From assembly GCA_012729455.1 (NCBI GenBank), contig JAAYDC010000014.1, positions 100,692 through 164,691 of the forward strand: 64,000 nt of DNA. Reading direction: 5' to 3'. The stretch is from Chloroflexota bacterium. Lineage in GTDB: Bacteria > Chloroflexota > Anaerolineae > UBA1429. A model generated the notes under the pieces. The model searched no databases. It had not been told where the DNA came from and saw only the letters and a list, made by a program, of their open reading frames with translations. Shown piece by piece: positions 58,742-64,000 of the stretch; positions within the stretch are counted from its first letter, which is position 1; each line of letters starts with the position of its first letter. A program made the position numbers and the translations under genes.

Positions 58742-60145
58742 ATGAAGCTACGATATCGGAGTTTGTTAGCACTCGTACTGGTCATCGTCCTGATCTTGAT
58801 GAGCAGTTGTACGGGAACCGGCGTGGAAATGACCGGCGGTGACGATGGCGCCAATCCGGAAGACCCCACCCCCATCCCGCCGATGCCCGCCGCGGAAAAG
58901 CCGACTTATACGGTGCAAAAGGGCTCGATTATCGACAGCCTCGAATTCACCGGCCGGGTTTCTCCAGCTCAGGAGCAATCCTACTATTTTAAGGCATCGG
59001 GACGCGTATTGCGCGTGATGGTTGAGCGTGGCGACGAGGTCGTCTCGGGCACGGTTTTGGCCGAACTCGAAAACGATGACCTGGTGCGTCAGCTTGACCA
59101 GGCCAAACTCGATCTACAAGCTGCCGAGATGCAGCTCGCTTCGGCACGTGCCGCGCGCGATTACAACATTGCGCGGGCTGCCATCAACCTGCGCATCAAC
59201 AAGCTGCAGCTTTCCAAACTGACCAGCGGCGCCAACGACATTGACGTGCAGCTGGCTACCGTTGGCGTACAGCGCGCCGAGGCCGCCTTGCGGCGTGCTC
59301 AGGCAGCCTATGACTTGCGTGCTCAGAAGCCTGGTGTCGAAGCCAGTTACGAGGCTCTGGCACTCGAACAGGCCACACTGGATGTGCAGACTGCCCAAAC
59401 CGCCCTGGATCGTGCCAAGAAAGCGCGTGATACCGCAGGTTATGATGTGGCCATCCTCGAGCAGCAGATCAAGGCAGCCGAACTCGAGTTGAGCCATTTA
59501 TCAAATAGCGACGATGTCACGCTGCAGGGTGCCGTCTCGCGGGCTTCGCTGGCTGTCGAACGCCTGCAGGCCTTTGTGGACGATACCCGGATCGTCAGCA
59601 CCATGGATGGCACGGTTACCTCCGTCAGCGCCGAAGCCGGCAAGGCGGTCGAGGCCTATACGGTAATGTTTGTCGTCTCCAACGCCTCTCAGATGGAGAT
59701 TCGCGCAGAGCCGTTGGCTACTCAGATGGAAAAGATGCAGGAGGGGCAGGAGGTCAAGATCACCCTCTCGCAGTACCCCGGCAAGGAGCTTACCGGCACG
59801 GTCGTCAAGTTGCCGTATCCATACGGCACCGGCGGCGGTGCTCCTTCTGAGACGGGCACCAGGACTGCTGAGCAGATCGACAAATCGACCCATATCGAGT
59901 TCATCCCCGGAGAACTGGAGCTAAAGCCGGGTGACCTCGTCAAGATCGTAGTTACCCTCGAAGAAAAAGACGATGTCCTGTGGCTGCCGCCGATCGCCAT
60001 CCGCACCTTCTCGGGGCGCAAGTTTGTGGTGATCAGTGAGGATGGCAACCAGCGCCGTGTCGATATCGTCACCGGTATCGAGACCACTGAACGCGTCGAG
60101 ATCAAAGAAGGCCTGCAAGAGGGTCAGGTTGTCATCGGGCAATAA
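58742..60145 (+). CDS. HlyD/MacA-family periplasmic adaptor (membrane fusion) protein
   Basis: Lipobox LILMSSCTG. Barrel-sandwich, coiled-coil and beta-barrel layout. Confidence 0.75.
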   Translation: MKLRYRSLLALVLVIVLILMSSCTGTGVEMTGGDDGANPEDPTPIPPMPAAEKPTYTVQKGSIIDSLEFTGRVSPAQEQSYYFKASGRVLRVMVERGDEVVSGTVLAELENDDLVRQLDQAKLDLQAAEMQLASARAARDYNIARAAINLRINKLQLSKLTSGANDIDVQLATVGVQRAEAALRRAQAAYDLRAQKPGVEASYEALALEQATLDVQTAQTALDRAKKARDTAGYDVAILEQQIKAAELELSHLSNSDDVTLQGAVSRASLAVERLQAFVDDTRIVSTMDGTVTSVSAEAGKAVEAYTVMFVVSNASQMEIRAEPLATQMEKMQEGQEVKITLSQYPGKELTGTVVKLPYPYGTGGGAPSETGTRTAEQIDKSTHIEFIPGELELKPGDLVKIVVTLEEKDDVLWLPPIAIRTFSGRKFVVISEDGNQRRVDIVTGIETTERVEIKEGLQEGQVVIGQ

Positions 60146-60193
60146 CGCGCACCGGATGCGCGGCCCGCATCCGGTTGATGGAGATACAGCGTA

Positions 60194-61456
60194 ATGGCAT
60201 CCAACGGACCGATGATCCTGTGTGATAACCTGGTCAAGATCTACAAAGTCCAGGATCTGGAAGTGGTCGCCCTGCAGGGGCTTGACCTGGTGATCGAACG
60301 CGGCGAGTTTATGGCCATCGTCGGGCCGAGCGGCAGCGGTAAATCGAGCCTGTTGAACATCTTGGGTGGGCTCGACCGCCCCTCGGCTGGCAAAGCTCTA
60401 GTCGATAACGTCGACCTGCTCAAGGCTTCTTCGATGGCGCTGACTGTTTACCGGCGCGAAAAGGTCGGCTTTGTGTGGCAGCAGCCTTCGCGTAACCTGA
60501 TCCCTTATCTTTCAGTGCGCGAAAACGTCGAGCTGCCCATGATCATTGCCGGCACGAGCTCCAAGGAGCGCCATGCCTGGAGCCAGGAGCTGCTGGAGAC
60601 CGTCGGCCTGTGGGAGCGCCGCAGCCACAACCTGCATCAGCTCTCGGGTGGTGAGCAGCAGCGCACCGCCATCGCGGTGGGGCTGGCAAACAAGCCAGTC
60701 CTGCTACTGGCGGATGAGCCCACCGGTGAAGTCGATAGCCTCACCGCGCAATCGATTATGGATACCTTTCGCCGGCTGAACTCGGCGTACAACCTCACCA
60801 TTGTGGTCGTCACCCACAACACCCAGGTCTCGGATCAGGTCGACCGCGTGGTGGCGATCCGTGACGGGCGCACCAGTACCGAGCGCGTGCGCCGCGTGCA
60901 AGACGTAACACCGGTGGCTGCCGTCGACGAAAACGGCGAGATCGACCCAGAGGCTGTCGCCGAACAGGTGGTGACCTATCACGAATATGTGGTGGTTGAC
61001 CAAGCCGGCCGCCTACAGGTGCCGCGCGACATGCTCGAACGCATGGGCATCACCGGGCGCGCCGAGCTGAGTATCGAAGAAGACCACATCCGCATCAAGC
61101 CTGCCCAGGCTCTGACAACCACCACGGCCCAGGCTGCGCATACGAGCGAGGCCACCGACGAATGGGGCAGCGAACCGCGTTCGCTCGACTGGAAGCTGCG
61201 CATCAGCGTTGCCAGCCGCGGCTTGCGCGGCCTGTTCAACAGCGGCAGAAAAAAGGATGACGCCACGGCCGACGAGATTCCTCAAGAAGAGGCGCTCGCC
61301 AGCGAGCTTGTCGACGAGGAGCCGAGCGCCAGCGACCCTGCTGCCGAAGGGGTGGTAACCGCAGAGAGTGCTGCGAAAGAGGCCGCAGCTGAAGAGACAA
61401 TTGAAGACTGGTCCAGGCCAAGCGACGAACAAGAGGACGGTCAGGAATCGTCATGA
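60194..61456 (+). CDS. ABC transporter ATP-binding protein (MacB/LolD-type NBD) with a ~190-aa C-terminal extension (AbrB/MazE-like segment plus acidic tail)
   Basis: GPSGSGKSS, LSGGEQQRTAIAVGL. Extension contains YVVVDQAGRLQVPRDMLERMGITGRAELSIEEDHIRIKP (swapped-hairpin-like) and then a D/E-rich tail. Confidence 0.8.
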   Translation: MASNGPMILCDNLVKIYKVQDLEVVALQGLDLVIERGEFMAIVGPSGSGKSSLLNILGGLDRPSAGKALVDNVDLLKASSMALTVYRREKVGFVWQQPSRNLIPYLSVRENVELPMIIAGTSSKERHAWSQELLETVGLWERRSHNLHQLSGGEQQRTAIAVGLANKPVLLLADEPTGEVDSLTAQSIMDTFRRLNSAYNLTIVVVTHNTQVSDQVDRVVAIRDGRTSTERVRRVQDVTPVAAVDENGEIDPEAVAEQVVTYHEYVVVDQAGRLQVPRDMLERMGITGRAELSIEEDHIRIKPAQALTTTTAQAAHTSEATDEWGSEPRSLDWKLRISVASRGLRGLFNSGRKKDDATADEIPQEEALASELVDEEPSASDPAAEGVVTAESAAKEAAAEETIEDWSRPSDEQEDGQESS

Positions 61457-62151
61457 CAAACAACACCGAAACCGTCATTAATGCGATCGATATCGTGCGC
61501 ACCTACAAGGTCGATAACCTCGAGGTGCACGCGCTGCGGGGCGTCAGTTTTTGCGTCAACACCGGCGAATTCATCGGCCTGATCGGCCGTTCCGGCTCTG
61601 GCAAAACCACTCTGTTAAACATCATCGGCGGGCTAGACCGCCCCACCTCGGGCGAAGTGTGGGTCTATGATAATGACATCACTCGCCTTTCGGATCGCCA
61701 CCTCACGGATTTTCGCCGTAATAAGGTGGGCTTTATCTTTCAGTCGTTTGCGCTCCTGCCGACTATGTCGGCCTTTGAAAACGTCGAGCTGCCCATGCGC
61801 ATGGTGGGTAAATCGCTCCGCGAACGGCGCCAGCGCGTGATGGAATGCCTCGATATGGTAGGCCTGACCAAGTGGGCCAAGCATCGCCCGCAGGAAATGT
61901 CCGGCGGCCAGCAGCAGCGCGTGGCAATCGCGCGCGCCCTGGTCAACCGCCCGGGGCTGATCCTGGCGGATGAGCCCACCGGTGAGCTGGATACCGCCAC
62001 GTCGCAGACTATCTTTGAGCTCTTCAAGAACATCACGCACCACGAGAACGTGGCCATCGTGATGACCTCGCACGACCCTGCGGCTGAGCAGTATATGACC
62101 TATACCTACCGCATGGCTGACGGGCGCATTACCAACGAGCGCACTGCCTAG
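61453..62151 (+). CDS. ABC transporter ATP-binding protein (LolD/MacB-type NBD)
   Basis: 232 aa. [28 protein letters not shown] overlap with the upstream NBD gene. Confidence 0.85.
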   Translation: MTNNTETVINAIDIVRTYKVDNLEVHALRGVSFCVNTGEFIGLIGRSGSGKTTLLNIIGGLDRPTSGEVWVYDNDITRLSDRHLTDFRRNKVGFIFQSFALLPTMSAFENVELPMRMVGKSLRERRQRVMECLDMVGLTKWAKHRPQEMSGGQQQRVAIARALVNRPGLILADEPTGELDTATSQTIFELFKNITHHENVAIVMTSHDPAAEQYMTYTYRMADGRITNERTA

Positions 62152-62169
62152 CTTGACAAGCACGCGGGG

Positions 62170-62470
62170 CTTGCCTATACTCGCGTCAATGGCTACGAAC
62201 GAGAGGGCTGACGGGTAAAACCTGCCAGGGAGAAAAGGCCGCAGACTGCAAGCCTTTTCAAGGGATAACCGTAAGCGTTCACTCGGGAGCCGACCGCTGA
62301 ACGAAACCTAGTAGGCGCGCCCGCCAGTCCGGCGTTAACGGACGTTCAGTCACCCGGCAACGCCGGACGCCGAATTGAGTGAGCCCGGATGGGCTAATGT
62401 GGGTGGTACCACGGAGACCGCACGTCGCATCTTCGTCCCAACGAGGATGCGGCGTTTTTATTTTCTCTCT
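62170..62470 (+). promoter_or_regulatory. T-box riboswitch leader of the pheST operon (Phe specifier)
   Basis: T-box sequence aatgtgggtggtaccacgg at 62396..62414. Terminator stem 62427..62451 (cgcatcttcg / cgaggatgcg) plus gcgtttttatttt. Candidate UUC specifier codon in gcgTTCActc at about 62278..62280. Confidence 0.7.
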
Positions 62471-62480
62471 CGGAGGCAAA

Positions 62481-63509
62481 ATGCTCGCACAACTGCAAGA
62501 ACTGCTGGATCAGGGCCGTGCCTCGGCCGCCGCGTTGACCACGGCTGCCCAGCTGGACGAGTGGTACAGCACTTATCTGGGCAAAAAGGGCGCCCTTACC
62601 ACCGTGCTGCGCGGCATCGGCAGCCTGCCGGCCGAAGACCGCCCGCAGGCCGGTAAAGACGCCAACACCGTCAAGGTAGCTCTCGAGGAATTGTACCGCG
62701 CGCGCAGCGAAGCCATCGAGCGCGAGGCGCTGCAGGCCGAGCTGGCCAGCGGTGCGCTGGACGTCTTTTTGCCCGGCCGCCCGGCCAGCTTGGGGATGAT
62801 GCACCTTTCCAGCCAAACCCTGCGCGAGATCACGGCTGTATTCAGCCGTATGGGCTTTGGCGTGCTGCGCTCGCCGGAAGTCGAAGACGACAATACCAAC
62901 TTTCAGCTGCTCAACATCCCGCCGCATCACCCGGCGCGCGATATGTGGAGCACCTTTTATACCGACCAGCCCGGCCTGCTGCTGCGGCCGCACACCTCGC
63001 CGGGGCAGATCTATGCCATGAAAAAGTTCGCCCCAGAACCCTTTCGAGTTATCCTGCCGGGCAAGTGCTACCGTTACGAGCAGGTGACCTCGCGCAGCGA
63101 GATGATGTTCCACCAGGTGGAAGCCATAGCGGTGGGCGAAAACATCACCATGGGCGACCTGAAGGGCGTGCTGACCTATTTCGCGCGCGCCATGTTTGGC
63201 TCCGAGCGCAAGGTACGTCTGCGCCCGAGCTACTTTCCGTTTACCGAGCCCAGCGCAGAGGTGGACATTGAGTGCTACCTGTGCGAGGGTAAAGGCTGCC
63301 CGATGTGCAAGCACTCTGGTTGGCTCGAGATCCTCGGCTCGGGGATGATCCATCCGCAGGTACTGCGTAACGGCGGCTATGATCCGGAGCGCTACTCGGG
63401 CTTTGCCCTGGGTATGGGACCGGAGCGCATCGCCATTCTGCGTCACAATATCACCGACATCCGATACTTTTTCGGCAACGACCTGCGCTTTCTGGAGCAG
63501 TTCGCCTGA
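62481..63509 (+). CDS. pheS: Phenylalanine--tRNA ligase alpha subunit
   Basis: GGAGG RBS. Class II aaRS motifs (FQLLNIPPHHPARDMWSTF, RPSYFPFTEPS, GMGPERIAIL). Confidence 0.9.
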   Translation: MLAQLQELLDQGRASAAALTTAAQLDEWYSTYLGKKGALTTVLRGIGSLPAEDRPQAGKDANTVKVALEELYRARSEAIEREALQAELASGALDVFLPGRPASLGMMHLSSQTLREITAVFSRMGFGVLRSPEVEDDNTNFQLLNIPPHHPARDMWSTFYTDQPGLLLRPHTSPGQIYAMKKFAPEPFRVILPGKCYRYEQVTSRSEMMFHQVEAIAVGENITMGDLKGVLTYFARAMFGSERKVRLRPSYFPFTEPSAEVDIECYLCEGKGCPMCKHSGWLEILGSGMIHPQVLRNGGYDPERYSGFALGMGPERIAILRHNITDIRYFFGNDLRFLEQFA

Positions 63510-63539
63510 GCAACCACCCTATATCAAGGAGCATCACAC

Positions 63540-64000
63540 ATGCTTGTACCAATAAGCTGGCTCAAAGAGTATGTCGATATTGACCTGACCCCCGAGGCGT
63601 TGGCCGAAACCCTCACCTTGGGCGGTCTGGAAGTAGAGGGCATCACCCACATCGGCGAGGGATGGGCGCGCGATAAAGTCATGGTCGGGCAGGTGCTGGG
63701 CGTGCGCCAGCATCCGCAGGCTGACCGCCTGGTGCTAGCCAATGTGGAATATGGCGCCGACGAACCGCTCGAGGTAGTGACGGGCGCTCCCAACCTGCAC
63801 GTGGGCGATCGCGGCCAAAAGGTGGTGCTGGCATTGGTCGGCGCGCGCCTGATCGACGGCCACGCAGAAGGCACCCACTATACCGTGCTAAAGCGCGGCA
63901 AGATTCGCGGCATCGAGTCCGCCGGCATGGTCTGCTCCGAAAAGGAGTTGGGTGTTTCGGATGAACACACCGGCATCGTGATCCTGCCCGACGATGCGCC
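63540..64000 (+). CDS. pheT: Phenylalanine--tRNA ligase beta subunit (5' part; continues beyond window)
   Basis: AAGGAG RBS. MLVPISWLKEYVDIDLTPEALAETLTLGGLEVEG is the canonical PheT N-terminus. Confidence 0.85.
   Translation, partial: MLVPISWLKEYVDIDLTPEALAETLTLGGLEVEGITHIGEGWARDKVMVGQVLGVRQHPQADRLVLANVEYGADEPLEVVTGAPNLHVGDRGQKVVLALVGARLIDGHAEGTHYTVLKRGKIRGIESAGMVCSEKELGVSDEHTGIVILPDDA

Noticed and set aside
1-64000. Searched for transposase, integrase, toxin-antitoxin, restriction-modification or CRISPR-Cas signatures as evidence of a mobile or defence island
   Set aside because: None found. The accessory character comes from metabolic and transport genes, and from the compositional break at the left end.

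Overview
This 64-kb window appears to be a chromosomal segment with a sharp compositional break near its left end. The first ~3.5 kb is moderate-GC, roughly high 40s % by eye. It carries the 3' part of an electron-bifurcating [FeFe]-hydrogenase operon, hydC-hydB-hydA (NuoE-like, NuoF-like, and a partial catalytic subunit), on the minus strand. A ~500-bp non-coding junction follows. The remaining ~60 kb is high-GC, roughly low 60s %. Pro/Thr-rich linkers and LysM/LCP secreted proteins suggest a Chloroflexi- or Actinobacteria-like host. Housekeeping genes in the high-GC part are xseAB, infC-rpmI-rplT, trmH-family, maf, typA/bipA, rph, ybeY, plsC, gap, nth, rplI, and a T-box leader followed by pheS and pheT. 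The accessory content includes: (1) a GntR-regulated sugar-catabolic locus, about 8.8-18.8 kb, that combines a xylose-isomerase-like TIM-barrel enzyme, a RuBisCO-like protein (RLP) with conserved catalytic lysines, an acetoin/pyruvate-dehydrogenase-type TPP E1 alpha/beta pair, a lipoylatable but catalytically dead E2, a rhamnulokinase-like FGGY kinase, a class II aldolase and an SDR. This gene combination, with no cognate E3 adjacent, matches no canonical pathway I know and is the best candidate for an undescribed pathway. (2) a glycerol module: glpK, a GlpA-like FAD dehydrogenase, a pyridine-nucleotide-disulfide oxidoreductase and DUF1667. (3) two ABC importers on one strand. A Liv-type branched-chain system is nested between the binding-protein gene and the permease/ATPase genes of a polar amino-acid system. 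(4) a freestanding membrane pseudokinase. (5) an SPFH/zinc-ribbon pair. (6) a HlyD adaptor with two ABC ATPases and no permease. (7) secreted LysM, beta-helix and a 1046-aa lipoprotein. I found no CRISPR array, transposase, integrase, rRNA or tRNA gene. Many antisense ORFs in the six-frame track are high-GC artefacts. Coordinates of motifs and start codons were read by eye and may be off by a few bases.
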